Positions 18,050 to 27,771 are shown, counted from the stretch's first letter. The stretch is 64,000 nucleotides of DNA from Hyphomicrobiaceae bacterium (GCA_035652635.1 DASRDL010000143.1:899-64898); one strand, 5' to 3'. Numbers and translations: made by a program. Notes: generated by a model from the letters alone, not told the origin.

Positions 18050-19597
18050 ATGGGCCGGCTGCTGCACATGGGGGAGACGCTCGCCCTCAACGCCCACTTG
18101 CATCCCGACAAGACGGCCGCGCGCGGCAGCACGCGGGCAATGACGTTCCGGCAATGGAACGAGCGCGCCTGCCGGCTGGCCAACGCGCTGCTGGGCCTGG
18201 GGTTGCGCCGGGGCGACGCCGTCGCCATCCTCGCCTTCAACTCGGTGGAGTGGCTGGAGATCTACGCGGCGACCGCCAAGGCGGGCCTCGTCATGGTGCC
18301 GATCAACTTCCGGCTCGTCGGCAGCGAGATCCTCTACATCGCCGAGAACAGCGAGGCCAAGGCCTTCATCGTCCAGGACGAGCTGGCGGACCGCGTGGAG
18401 GGCATCCGCGGCAGCCTCGCGATCGCGAGCGGCAACTACATCCACCTCGGTGCGGCCGCTGCGCCGAAAGGCTACGTGGGCTACGAGGATCTGATCGCGG
18501 CGGCCTCCTCGCGCGAGCCCGACGTAGAGGTGCGGCCGGAGGATACCTGGGCGCTCATCTACACGTCGGGCACCACCGGCCGGCCCAAAGGCGCCATGCG
18601 CAGCCACGCGAGCCACGCGCTGTCGAACTTCGCCACGATCACGAACATGGGCTTCGGCCGTGACGACACGTGCCTGCTCGTCATGCCGCTGTGCCACGCC
18701 AACTCGCTGTTCTTTGCCTCGGCCTTCGCCGCGGCGGGCGCGACGTGCTGCGTCTACGACGCCCGGAGCTTCGAGCCGGAGCACCTGCTGCGGTCGCTGG
18801 CCGAGACCCGCACCACCTTCACCTCCCTCGTGCCCACGCACTACATCATGATGCTCGGGCTGCCCGATGCCGTGCGGGCAAAGTACGACGTCGACGGCGT
18901 GACGAAGCTGCTGGTCTCCTCCGCGCCCGCGCGCAAGGACACCAAGCTCGCCATCATGGAGTGCTTCCGGAACTCTCAGCTCTTCGAGATGTACGGATCG
19001 ACCGAGGCCGGCTGGGCGACGCTGCTGCGCCCCGACGAGCAGCTCTCCAAGCTCGGCTCCGTCGGCCGCGAGCTGATCGGCTCGGGCAGGGTCAAGCTGC
19101 TGGACGAGAGCGGCAACGAGGTGGCGGACGGCGCGGTGGGCGAGCTCTATTCGCACACGCCCTGGTGCTTCGAGGGCTATTGGAAGCTCCCCGACAAGAC
19201 GGCCGAGGCCTTCCGCGGCCCCTACCTGTCGGTCGGCGACATGGCCCGCCGCGACGAGCAGGGCTACTACTATCTCGTCGACCGCAAGAAGAACATGATC
19301 ATCTCCGGCGGCGAGAACGTCTACCCGTCGGAGGTGGAGAACCTGCTCGGCTCGCACCCGAAGGTGAAGGACGTCGCCGTGATCGGCCGGCCGCACGAGA
19401 AGTGGGGCGAGGCCGTGCACGCGGTGATCGTGCTGCGCGACGGCGCCGCGGCCTCCGAGCGCGAGATCCTCGACTGGTGCACGGAGAAGATCGCCGGCTA
19501 CAAGCGGCCGCGGTCGGTGACCTTCATTGCCGACGCAGACATGCCCAGGACCGCCACCGGCAAGATCCTGCATCGCGTGCTCAAGGAGCGGTTGTGA
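18050..19597 (+). CDS. AMP-dependent acyl-CoA synthetase/ligase
   Basis: Starts MGRLLHMGETLAL within ORF 17636-19597. AMP-binding motif YTSGTTGRPKG. C-terminal GKILHRVLKE. Confidence 0.9.
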   Translation: MGRLLHMGETLALNAHLHPDKTAARGSTRAMTFRQWNERACRLANALLGLGLRRGDAVAILAFNSVEWLEIYAATAKAGLVMVPINFRLVGSEILYIAENSEAKAFIVQDELADRVEGIRGSLAIASGNYIHLGAAAAPKGYVGYEDLIAAASSREPDVEVRPEDTWALIYTSGTTGRPKGAMRSHASHALSNFATITNMGFGRDDTCLLVMPLCHANSLFFASAFAAAGATCCVYDARSFEPEHLLRSLAETRTTFTSLVPTHYIMMLGLPDAVRAKYDVDGVTKLLVSSAPARKDTKLAIMECFRNSQLFEMYGSTEAGWATLLRPDEQLSKLGSVGRELIGSGRVKLLDESGNEVADGAVGELYSHTPWCFEGYWKLPDKTAEAFRGPYLSVGDMARRDEQGYYYLVDRKKNMIISGGENVYPSEVENLLGSHPKVKDVAVIGRPHEKWGEAVHAVIVLRDGAAASEREILDWCTEKIAGYKRPRSVTFIADADMPRTATGKILHRVLKERL

Positions 19598-19633
19598 GGG
19601 GGTAGGGCCTTAGGCGACAGAAGGCGCAACGAG

Positions 19634-20401
19634 ATGGCCGCACGCTGGCGCACGGCATGGATCACGGGAGCGAGCAGCGGCATCGGGCAGGCGCTCGCCA
19701 TCGAGCTCGCGCGCCGCGGCGTGAAGGTTGCCGCCTCGGCACGGTCGGCCGAGAGGCTCGCCCGCCTGGCAGGCGCCTATCCGGGCATCGCGCCCCTCCC
19801 CCTCGACGTCAGGGACGGCGCCGCCATGGCGCAAGCGGCGCGCAGCGTCGCCGGCACGCTCGGCTCCCTCGATCTCGTCGTGCTCAACGCCGGCATCTGG
19901 GAGCCGATGTCGGCGCGCAACTTCTCCGCCGCCAAGGCGGCCCGCTCCATGGCCGTGAACTACCTCGGCGTCGTCAACGGCGTCGAGGCGGTGCTGCCCC
20001 TGATGCTCGAGCGCGGCGAAGGCCACATCGCCATGATGGCATCGGTTGCCGGATATCGGGGCCTCGGGCCGACCGCCGCCTACGGGCCCAGCAAGGCCGC
20101 CGTCATCAATCTTGCCGAGACGCTGCACAATGATCTGGCCCAGCGCGGCGTGAGGGTCAGCGTCATCAACCCCGGCTATGTCGAGACGCCGATGACGAGC
20201 CTCAACAAGTTTCCCATGCCCTTCATCATCCCGGCGGAGGATGCGGCCCGCCGCATCGTTCGCGGCCTGGAGAAGGGCCGCTTCGAGATCGCCTTTCCCT
20301 GGCAGCTCGTCGGCCTGATGAAGCTCGGCCGCCTGATGCCCAACCGGCTGTTCTTCTGGTATGCGCGCACGCTGCTGGCGCCGCCGCGCAAGGGGCCGTG
20401 A
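19634..20401 (+). CDS. short-chain dehydrogenase/reductase (SDR)
   Basis: TGASSGIG cofactor motif and catalytic YGPSK. Confidence 0.9.
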   Translation: MAARWRTAWITGASSGIGQALAIELARRGVKVAASARSAERLARLAGAYPGIAPLPLDVRDGAAMAQAARSVAGTLGSLDLVVLNAGIWEPMSARNFSAAKAARSMAVNYLGVVNGVEAVLPLMLERGEGHIAMMASVAGYRGLGPTAAYGPSKAAVINLAETLHNDLAQRGVRVSVINPGYVETPMTSLNKFPMPFIIPAEDAARRIVRGLEKGRFEIAFPWQLVGLMKLGRLMPNRLFFWYARTLLAPPRKGP

Positions 20402-20417
20402 GCGCGCCGCATGAGAA

Positions 20418-20440
20418 CCCCTCCCCGTGAGGGGGAGGGG
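20418..20440 (+). terminator. GC-rich hairpin (CCCTCCCC family) just after the SDR stop, possible terminator
   Basis: CCCCTCCCC-GTGA-GGGGGAGGGG 17 nt after the stop. No T-run follows. Confidence 0.4.
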
Positions 20441-20682
20441 AGCTCCGCACGGCGCTGTTCTCGTTCCCGCCACCCCATTTGCGCGCGTCACAGGAGCTAG
20501 GTTGCGGGTGGGCAGCAGAAATGCACCATGATGTGAGCACGCCGCCGGCCGACCTGGATCGCGGCCAAGTCATTGATTCGCGTTGCCGGGCGGCCACCCT
20601 CGGAAGCCGGCAATTCACTAGCATGCGGCCAGAGCGAATCAGGGTATGCCGAGTCGGGGACGGCTGCGACAGGGGATCGAGC

Positions 20683-21471
20683 ATGCGGGCGCTGAGACTT
20701 GGGGCCGCCGCGATCTTGGGGCTGGCGGCAGGCCTGCCCATCGGCACGGCGGCTGCGGACGGCTACATCGCCAGGCCCACCGACCCTTACATCTACGTGG
20801 CGCCGGCCGCCCTTCCCCTGACCTACGACTGGACGGGCTTCTACATCGGCGGGAATGTCGGCGCTGCCCACACCAGCACGGAATTCAGCTACGACGCGAT
20901 CGTCGATCCCATCTTCTTCCTCCCGGAACAGTTCGGAATCAGCACGGCAGGCTTCGTCGGCGGCGGCTTCGTGGGCGCACAGAAGCAGTGGAGCTGGCTC
21001 CTGCTCGGCGTCGAGGCGGGCTACCTCTGGATCGATCAGTCCGGCTCAACGGTGTCGGCGTTCAATCCCAACGTCACCCTGACGCGGGGCGTGAGCAACC
21101 TGTTCCTGGTCACCGGCAAGTTCGGTTGGACCTGGGACAACATTCTCGGCTACTTCAAGGGCGGCTGGGCGAGCGGCGACGTCGAGTTCCGCACCAGCAC
21201 CACGGGCACGGGCACGCCGCTCACCACGTCAAGCGGCCGGGAGAACGGCTGGACGGCGGGGGCGGGGCTGGAATACGCGCTGTGGGACCATGTCATCCTC
21301 GGCGTCGAGTATGATTACATTCAGCTCAATCCGGGCACGCGCACGCAGGAGCCGGTCGGCGCGGGACCGTCCGGCACGCACATCAGCGGCGGGGTCGACA
21401 TCCAGTCGGTCACGGCCCGGCTGAGCTTCAAGTTCGGCGGCTCGAGGGTCGAGGTTGATCCCGTCAAATAG
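20683..21471 (+). CDS. outer-membrane beta-barrel protein (Omp25/Omp31/OmpA-like porin family)
   Basis: Starts MRALRLGAAAILGLAAG (signal peptide). Alternating beta-strand pattern YIGGNVGAA, GWTAGAGLEY. C-terminal ARLSFKFG. Confidence 0.8.
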   Translation: MRALRLGAAAILGLAAGLPIGTAAADGYIARPTDPYIYVAPAALPLTYDWTGFYIGGNVGAAHTSTEFSYDAIVDPIFFLPEQFGISTAGFVGGGFVGAQKQWSWLLLGVEAGYLWIDQSGSTVSAFNPNVTLTRGVSNLFLVTGKFGWTWDNILGYFKGGWASGDVEFRTSTTGTGTPLTTSSGRENGWTAGAGLEYALWDHVILGVEYDYIQLNPGTRTQEPVGAGPSGTHISGGVDIQSVTARLSFKFGGSRVEVDPVK

Positions 21472-21680
21472 CGATGGGCGACGCCCTGTCGCCCCATGTC
21501 CGCGCCAAAGTCGCCACAAATGGCTGGACCTAATGGGCGGCGCCGATTCTCCGGCGTGGTGAGAAGCGCGTGTTGCTGTGCTGCCAGACTTGGCCACCAT
21601 GGTGGTCCGGCAGCCGGTGTCGGCTGGTCACGCACCCTACCGGCCGCTAGATTTGCGCGCGAACCAGGAGAGACTATCCC

Positions 21681-23858
21681 ATGCTTGGACGTGCTGCCTG
21701 CGCCGCCGCCGCGGCTCTTGGTCTGGCGGTGGCCTTGGGTGCCGTGACGCCCGCGACCGCGCAGGCGACAGAGCCCGGCGCAGCTTCGAGTGCCGTGCAC
21801 GCCTCCGCCGAGCAGGGAACGGACGCGACGGACGCGGCGCCGGCCGATGCACCGGCCGTGACGCCCACGACGGAGAAGATGCCGGCGCCCCAGCCGACAA
21901 GCCCGTCCGCAGCAGCGGCCGAGCCCGCACCGGCCTCGCCGCCAACGGCCGCGCCTGCCACCTCCACGGCGGCTCCGGCGGCATCCACGCAGCAGCCCAC
22001 AGGATCGACGACGGCCGCGGCCGAGAAACCGGCAGCGCCACCGCCTGCCGCCTCCTCATCAGCCGGCCAGCCGGCCGCCAGCGCCGCGAGCGAGCAGCCG
22101 GCCGCGCCCACGCCGGCCGCAGCCGAGCAGCCGCCCGCGCCGCCCCCGGTCGACCCGGTGGTGGCCGAGGTGCGGCGTCTGCTCGCCCAGCCGCTGAAGG
22201 GCAGCAGCGAGCGCGCCGACCGGGCCGCGCTCACCGCCTTCTATGCCGCGCGGACCGATCCGCCGCTCTGGGTCGGAAGCGACGGCTTCACGGCCAGGGC
22301 ACGCCATGCCATGGCCGAGATCCGCAGGGCCGACGACTGGGGGCTCTCGGCGTCCGCCTTCGAGCTGCCGCATCTGGCCCAGGGTGAAGCGTCGCCGGCG
22401 ACGCTGGCCGCCGCCGAGATCAAGCTCGGCCTCGCCGTTCTCAAGTATGCGCGCCATGCGCGCGGAGGCCGCCTCGATCCGGCGCAGATCAGCAAGAACA
22501 TCGACGTCAAGCTGAGCCTGCGCGATCCCAAGGTGGTGCTGGAGGCGGTGGCGGCGAGCGAGACGCCCGGCAACTACCTGCGCGACCTCAATCCCAAGCA
22601 GGAAGGGTTCCGGCGTCTGCGCGAGGCGCTGCTGAGGGCACGCGGCGGGCATGCCGACCCGAGGCCCGCGGCGATGGCAAGGCCCGCTCCCGCCGCGGCT
22701 CTGCCCGACGGGCCCACGCTCAGGCTCGGCACCGACCACCCGCAGGTGGCGATGCTGCGCCAGCGGCTCGGGCTGCCGATGCCCAGGGGCGCAGAGAACA
22801 TCTATGACCTGCAGGTGCAGGATGCGGTGAGGGCGTTCCAGGAGCAGAACAACATCCAGCCGAGCGGCATCCTCACGCCCAGGACTCGCGCCGCCCTCAA
22901 CGGCAGCGTCCGGCCCGAGGCGAGGGCGGAGAGAGCGCCGCCCGCGGCGGGCGGCGCGGACGTCCAGCGCATCATCGTCAACATGGAGCGCTGGCGCTGG
23001 ATGCCGGAGCACATGGGCGAGCTCTACATCCAGGACAACCTGCCGGAGTTCATGACGCGCGTCGTCAAGAAGGGCCAGGTCATCCATTCGGCGCGCATCG
23101 TCGTCGGCAAGGTGGACACGCCGACGGCGGTCTTCTCCGCCAACATGCGCACAATCGTCTTCAACCCCGAATGGAACGTGCCGGATTCGATCAAGGTGAA
23201 GGAGCTGGCGCCATATCTGTCGAGCGGCAGCAGCGGCGGCGGCTTCCTGTTCTTCGGCGGGGGCGGCGACACCTCCATCCTCGACCGGCAGAGGCTGCGC
23301 GTCGTCTACAACGGGCGCACCATCAGCCCGTCCTCGGTGGACTGGGGCCAGGTGGACGTGCGGCGCTTCAGCTTCGTCCAGTCGGCCGGCCCGCACAACG
23401 TGCTGGGCGTGGTGAAGTTCATGTTCCCGAACCGGCACGACATCTACATGCACGATACCCCGCAGCGCGAGCTGCTGGATCGGCCGGTGCGCCTGTTCAG
23501 CCACGGCTGCATGCGCGTGCAGAACCCGGAGCGGCTCGCCGAGCTGCTGCTGGCGGAGGACAAGGGATGGCCGGCCGAGCATGTGCGCGGCCTGCTCTCC
23601 CAGAGCTACAACGCCGAGGTCCCGCTCGCGCGCGAGATCCCTGTGCACGTCACCTATTTCACGATGGTGGCCGGCGAGGGCGGGCAGGTGAGCACGTTCA
23701 GCGACATCTACGGCTACGACAGCCGCATGGCGGCGGCGCTCGGCGGCCGGCCGCTGCCGCCAGAGGTGATCCCATCGGGCGATGACCCCGTGCGCGACGC
23801 ACGCCGCGGCCGCCCGCGCAAGGAGGCGGATTTCTTCTCGGGTTTGTTCGGGAACTGA
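21681..23858 (+). CDS. L,D-transpeptidase, YcbB-like (PG-binding + YkuD domains) with long Pro/Ala-rich linker
   Basis: Signal peptide. PG_binding-like VRAFQEQNNIQPSGILTPRTRAALN. Catalytic YkuD motif FSHGCMRVQNP. Confidence 0.88.
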   Translation: MLGRAACAAAAALGLAVALGAVTPATAQATEPGAASSAVHASAEQGTDATDAAPADAPAVTPTTEKMPAPQPTSPSAAAAEPAPASPPTAAPATSTAAPAASTQQPTGSTTAAAEKPAAPPPAASSSAGQPAASAASEQPAAPTPAAAEQPPAPPPVDPVVAEVRRLLAQPLKGSSERADRAALTAFYAARTDPPLWVGSDGFTARARHAMAEIRRADDWGLSASAFELPHLAQGEASPATLAAAEIKLGLAVLKYARHARGGRLDPAQISKNIDVKLSLRDPKVVLEAVAASETPGNYLRDLNPKQEGFRRLREALLRARGGHADPRPAAMARPAPAAALPDGPTLRLGTDHPQVAMLRQRLGLPMPRGAENIYDLQVQDAVRAFQEQNNIQPSGILTPRTRAALNGSVRPEARAERAPPAAGGADVQRIIVNMERWRWMPEHMGELYIQDNLPEFMTRVVKKGQVIHSARIVVGKVDTPTAVFSANMRTIVFNPEWNVPDSIKVKELAPYLSSGSSGGGFLFFGGGGDTSILDRQRLRVVYNGRTISPSSVDWGQVDVRRFSFVQSAGPHNVLGVVKFMFPNRHDIYMHDTPQRELLDRPVRLFSHGCMRVQNPERLAELLLAEDKGWPAEHVRGLLSQSYNAEVPLAREIPVHVTYFTMVAGEGGQVSTFSDIYGYDSRMAAALGGRPLPPEVIPSGDDPVRDARRGRPRKEADFFSGLFGN

Positions 23859-23888
23859 CGGACCTCATATCCGCCGAGCGGAGCGACT

Positions 23889-23975
23889 TCGGCGCAATAC
23901 GCCTGACGGCTATTGCGCCCTACACCCCCGCCTCGCGAACCGTAGGGCGCAAGAGGCGAAGCCGTATTGCGCCGA
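23889..23975. repeat. REP doublet A (REPIN), family 1
   Basis: TCGGCGCAATACGCCTGACGGCTATTGCGCCCTAC (23889-23923) inverted relative to GTAGGGCGCAAGAGGCGAAGCCGTATTGCGCCGA (23942-23975). Confidence 0.92.
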
Positions 23976-24026
23976 TCGCTGCGCTCAACGACGGGCAGGC
24001 CTGCGTGTGCGCGGGACTGACGGCGG

Positions 24027-24473
24027 CTAGCGGCACACCAGCACGGGGACGGGGCTGAGCGTCACCACCTTGGCGGCTTGGCTGCCGAGGAAGAGCTTGG
24101 ACAGGCCCCGTCGCCCGTGGGAAGCCATGACGATCAGGTCGCAGCCTTGCGACTTCGCGGCCTCGAGGATGCCTTCGGCCGGGTAGCGATCCTTCACGTA
24201 AAGCGTCAAGCAAGGCTGGTCCTGCTTCTTGGCAGCCTCGCTGACCGACCACAGCACGCGATTGGCGTAAGCCGCCATGCGCTCCTCGTAGTCGGCCACC
24301 GGATTGGGAATGCGCTGCTCGGCCATGGCTGCCATGGAAAGGGCATCCCACGGCTCCGTCACCACCACGGCCGTCGCCTTGGCGCCGAGCCGCTTGGCCA
24401 GCTCCAAACCCTGCGCGACGGCCTTCTGCGCCAGCTCGGAGCCGTCGGTGGCGATCAGGATGTGCTTGTACAT
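24027..24473 (-). CDS. universal stress protein (single UspA domain)
   Basis: MYKHILIATDGSELA..., MASHGRRGLSKLFLGSQAAKVV. GGAGGAGG RBS upstream. Confidence 0.9.
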   Translation of the reverse strand: MYKHILIATDGSELAQKAVAQGLELAKRLGAKATAVVVTEPWDALSMAAMAEQRIPNPVADYEERMAAYANRVLWSVSEAAKKQDQPCLTLYVKDRYPAEGILEAAKSQGCDLIVMASHGRRGLSKLFLGSQAAKVVTLSPVPVLVCR

Positions 24474-24533
24474 TTCCTCCTCCCATTCATGAGCGTGTGA
24501 TGCGCCATCTGGCTGCGGACGGCCGGGCGTGGT

Positions 24534-25259
24534 CTAGAAGTCCTCCTCGCCACCAGCGAGCGCCTCGAGCGCCTCGAGATCGGTGATCTGCACGTGGTTG
24601 CTCTGCGGCAGCTCGATGAGGCCCATCACCCTGAGCTTGGTGAACGTGCGGCTCACCGTCTCGATGGTCAGGCCCAGGAAGTCGGCGATGTCGGCGCGCG
24701 TCATCGGCAGGTCGAACGCGCACGGATCCTTCGCCGTGCGCTCGTTGCGGCGCGAGAACGCGAGCAGGAAGGCCACCACGCGCTCGGTGGCGCTGCGCTG
24801 GCCGGTGGTGAGCAGAAGGTCACGCGTGGTCGCAAGCTCGCGCGCCACCGCCTCGTAGAGCTTGAAGCCGAGGCGGGCGTCCTGGCGCGCCATCTGGTTC
24901 AGGGCCGCCAGCGGCAGGCAGCGCAGGCGCGTCGGCTTGATGGCCTGGGCGTTCATGACGTGCTCGCCCTCGGCGCCGAGGCCGATGAGGTCGCCGGGAT
25001 AGGCGAAGCCCACCACCTGGCGCCGGCCGTCGCTCAGCACCTTGTAGAGCGCCACCGCGCCCGTCTCCACCTGGAAGATGTGGGTGGTGGGGTCGCCCTC
25101 GGCGAACACGAACTCCTTGGCCTCCACGCGGCGCAGCGATGCCTGCGCGAGGCGCGCCTCCAGATCCTGCGAGGACGGCGCCGAGCCCACGACGGGCTGA
25201 AGGGCGAGGCGGGGCTGGCTGGCGGTGCTGAGCGCGGGCATTGGCTTCTCCTCGGGCAT
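24534..25259 (-). CDS. CRP/FNR-family transcriptional regulator, FixK-like (no N-terminal Cys cluster)
   Basis: cNMP-binding fold plus HTH ADIADFLGLTIETVSRTFTKL with the E-x2-SR recognition motif. Start MPEEKP chosen within ORF 24534-25352. Confidence 0.85.
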   Translation of the reverse strand: MPEEKPMPALSTASQPRLALQPVVGSAPSSQDLEARLAQASLRRVEAKEFVFAEGDPTTHIFQVETGAVALYKVLSDGRRQVVGFAYPGDLIGLGAEGEHVMNAQAIKPTRLRCLPLAALNQMARQDARLGFKLYEAVARELATTRDLLLTTGQRSATERVVAFLLAFSRRNERTAKDPCAFDLPMTRADIADFLGLTIETVSRTFTKLRVMGLIELPQSNHVQITDLEALEALAGGEEDF

Positions 25260-25400
25260 CTGCGCGTGCAAATCGGATGCGCCAAAGGAACCATCGGCCT
25301 GTAGCCGGCATTCAGCGTGCCTGTAACGAAGTGTAATAGATTGTCCGGGCATCCGCGGATGTGTCCGGGGGGCGCGGCGAGCCGGCGGCGCGAGCCGAGG

Positions 25401-26414
25401 TCAAGACGCCGCGAGGGCGCGCACCTCGGCAAGCAGCCCGGCATCCACCGTCACACCTTCGGAGCGCGCCTTGGCACGCAGCGCGATGCGGCGCGAGCCC
25501 GGCAGCCGCGCGCCGCCGTCACCCTCGATCATCGCCACCAGCAAGGTCATGCGCTCGGCAAACGCATCGCGGCCGGCGAAGGCGCCCGGATCGAGGACGA
25601 GGAGCAGCTGCCCGACCCCGGGCGGCGGGCCTTCCGCGTCGAAGAAGGAGCTGGCCTCGAAGCCGAACTGCGCGCCGGTGAGGGCGACGGCGAGGATCTC
25701 CACCATCAGGGCCAGCGCCGCACCCTTGGCGCCGCCGATGGGCTGCAGCGCGCCCTTGAGGGCGGCGGCGGCGTCGGTGGTGGGCCTGCCGCTCTCGTCC
25801 ACGGCCCAGTCCGCGGGGATGGGCTCGCCCTTCTGCGCGGCGGTGAGGATCTTGCCGCGCGCCACCTGGCTGAGCGCAAGGTCGACCACGACGGGCGGGC
25901 CGCTCCCTTGCGGCGCGGCGAAGGCGACGGGGTTGGTGCCGAACAGCGCCCGCCGGCCGCCCCACGGCGCCATCGCCTTCGGCGTGTTGCCGAAGGCCAG
26001 TGCCACCAGTCCCGTCTCGGCCAGGCGCTCCACGTGGCGGCCGACGACGCCGAAATGGTGCGAGCGCACGAAGCCGGCGGCGGCGATCCCACAGGCGGCC
26101 GCGAGCGCGGGCAACCGGTCGATGGCGAGATCGAAGGCAGGAAACGCGAAGCCGTTGGCAACGTCGATCATGAGGCTGCCCGGACGCGTCCGGCGCAGGA
26201 CCGGCGTGGCGTGGCCGTCGACCTTGCCCGTCTTGGCCTGGGCCGCATAGCTCGGCACACGCGAAAGGCCGTGCCCCTTCTGTCCGTCGATCTCGGCCTG
26301 GGTCAGGGCGCGCGCCACGGAGCGGGCGTTGGGCTCGCTGGTGTCGGAGGCAGCGAGCGCCGCCGTGATCAGTGCTTCGAGCTCGGGCGTCGTGACAGTC
26401 GTGGTCTCGCTCAT
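25401..26414 (-). CDS. Ldh_2 family (malate/L-lactate/sulfolactate-type) NAD(P)H-dependent oxidoreductase
   Basis: Starts MSETTTVTTPELEAL. Family pattern GQKGHGLSRVPSY, FGTNPVAFAAP, GGAKGAALALMVEIL. Confidence 0.85.
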   Translation of the reverse strand: MSETTTVTTPELEALITAALAASDTSEPNARSVARALTQAEIDGQKGHGLSRVPSYAAQAKTGKVDGHATPVLRRTRPGSLMIDVANGFAFPAFDLAIDRLPALAAACGIAAAGFVRSHHFGVVGRHVERLAETGLVALAFGNTPKAMAPWGGRRALFGTNPVAFAAPQGSGPPVVVDLALSQVARGKILTAAQKGEPIPADWAVDESGRPTTDAAAALKGALQPIGGAKGAALALMVEILAVALTGAQFGFEASSFFDAEGPPPGVGQLLLVLDPGAFAGRDAFAERMTLLVAMIEGDGGARLPGSRRIALRAKARSEGVTVDAGLLAEVRALAAS

Positions 26415-26434
26415 AGGTCTTCTCGCCGACCGAA

Positions 26435-26487
26435 TTCCCCTCCCCGTCCATGCGCAGCACGGCTTCGCCATGACGCGGGGAGGGGGA
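26435..26487. repeat. CCCTCCCC/GGGGAGGG family hairpin (split, long loop)
   Basis: TTCCCCTCCCCG (26435-26446) complementary to CGGGGAGGGGGA (26476-26487). Confidence 0.6.
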
Positions 26488-26552
26488 GCTGCAATTGTTG
26501 CGCCTGCGGCTTCACCCCACCCGGCTTTTCACGCCAAGAGCGTGCCAAGCCG

Positions 26553-26573
26553 CCCTCCCCGTCAAGGGGAGGG
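26553..26573. repeat. CCCTCCCC/GGGGAGGG family hairpin downstream of the enolase-family gene
   Basis: CCCTCCCC-GTCAA-GGGGAGGG, 26 nt beyond the stop of the minus-strand gene 26599-27771. Confidence 0.6.
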
Positions 26574-26598
26574 TGGACACGCAGGCTGCTGCGGCAAG

Positions 26599-27771
26599 TC
26601 ATTCGTACCCCAGCCGCGTGCGCAGCTCGGCGAACAGCTTGGGCTTCAGCTCGATGCCGATGCCGGGCTCCTCGTGCGGGCGCACGTAGCCGTCGGCGAT
26701 GGGGATGGCGTCGGCAAAGCCGCCGTAGGGCTGGAACACGCCCGGATAGCTCTCCGAGCCGCCAAGCTGGAGGCCCGCGGCGATGTTGAGCGCGAGCTGA
26801 TGCCCGCCGTGCGGGATGAAGCGCCGCCGCGACCAGCCCAACTGCCTGGCCACATCGAGGAAGCGCAGATACTCCGTAAGCCCATAGGCGAGCGCCGGGT
26901 CGATCTGCACCCAATCACGGTCGGGCCGCAGGCCGCCGTAGCGCAGCAGGTTGCGGCCGTCGATGGCGGAGAACAGGTTTTCGCCCGTGGCGAGCGCGCC
27001 CGCATAGTGCTCGGCGAGCACGGCGTTGAGCCGGTAGTCAAGCGGGTCGCCCGGCTCCTCGTACCAGAAGAGGCCGTACCCCTCGATCGCTTTGCCGTAG
27101 GCCAGCGCGTTGTCGAGATCGAAGCGGCCGTTGGCGTCGACCGCGACGTTGGCGCCACCGCCGGCGACCTCGATCACGGCCTCGATGCGCGCAAGGTCGG
27201 TGGCGAGGTCGGCGCCCCCGATCTTCATCTTGACGACCTTGTAGCCCTGCTCCTGATAGCCGCGCATCTCGGCCTTGAGGGCGTCGAGCTCCTTGCCGGG
27301 GTAGTAGTAGCCGCCGCCCGGATAGACCAGCACGCGCGCGTCCGCCTGCCCGCCGTTGAAGCGCTCGGCCAGGAGCTTCCACAACGGCTGGCCGGCAACC
27401 TTGGCGACGGCGTCCCATACGGCCATGTCGAGTGCGCCGGCCGCATGCGCGCGGTCGCCGTGGCCGCCCGGCTTCTCGTTGGCCATGAAGCATTTCCACA
27501 TGGCGCCGGGATCGAGATTGGCGCCGCCGGCATCGACGAGCGTCTCGGGATCGGCCGCAAGGATGCGGGGGATGAAGCGCTCGCGCAGGATGCCGCTCTG
27601 CGCATAGCGCCCGTTGGAGGAGAAGCCGTAGCCGATGACAGGCTTGCCCTCGCGCACGACGTCGGTCTCGACCGCGACCAGGCTGACGGTCATGGTGGAG
27701 AACGAGATGAAGGCGTTGCGGATCTCGGAGGCGATCGGCGCGGTCGCCTCGCGGATGCGCGTGATCTTCAT
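26599..27771 (-). CDS. enolase-superfamily dehydratase (mandelate racemase/muconate lactonizing family), D-tartrate dehydratase-like
   Basis: VVKMKIGG (KxK), AVDANGRF, FWYEEPGDPLDY, ATGENLFS, IPHGGHQ. Overall resemblance, from memory, to Bradyrhizobium TarD. Confidence 0.85.
   Translation of the reverse strand: MKITRIREATAPIASEIRNAFISFSTMTVSLVAVETDVVREGKPVIGYGFSSNGRYAQSGILRERFIPRILAADPETLVDAGGANLDPGAMWKCFMANEKPGGHGDRAHAAGALDMAVWDAVAKVAGQPLWKLLAERFNGGQADARVLVYPGGGYYYPGKELDALKAEMRGYQEQGYKVVKMKIGGADLATDLARIEAVIEVAGGGANVAVDANGRFDLDNALAYGKAIEGYGLFWYEEPGDPLDYRLNAVLAEHYAGALATGENLFSAIDGRNLLRYGGLRPDRDWVQIDPALAYGLTEYLRFLDVARQLGWSRRRFIPHGGHQLALNIAAGLQLGGSESYPGVFQPYGGFADAIPIADGYVRPHEEPGIGIELKPKLFAELRTRLGYE

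Noticed and set aside
21771-22160. A Pro/Ala/Thr/Ser-rich low-complexity stretch at the start of the L,D-transpeptidase ORF as a separate gene or DNA repeat element.
   Set aside because: It is in frame with, and continuous between, the signal peptide and the PG-binding and YkuD domains. It has no exact nucleotide periodicity and is most simply a flexible periplasmic linker.
24474-25400. An expected FixK/FNR box upstream of the fixK-like gene or the adjacent usp (autoregulation).
   Set aside because: I read both strands of 24474-24533 and 25260-25400 and found no TTGA-N6-TCAA, even allowing one mismatch per half-site. No claim is made.
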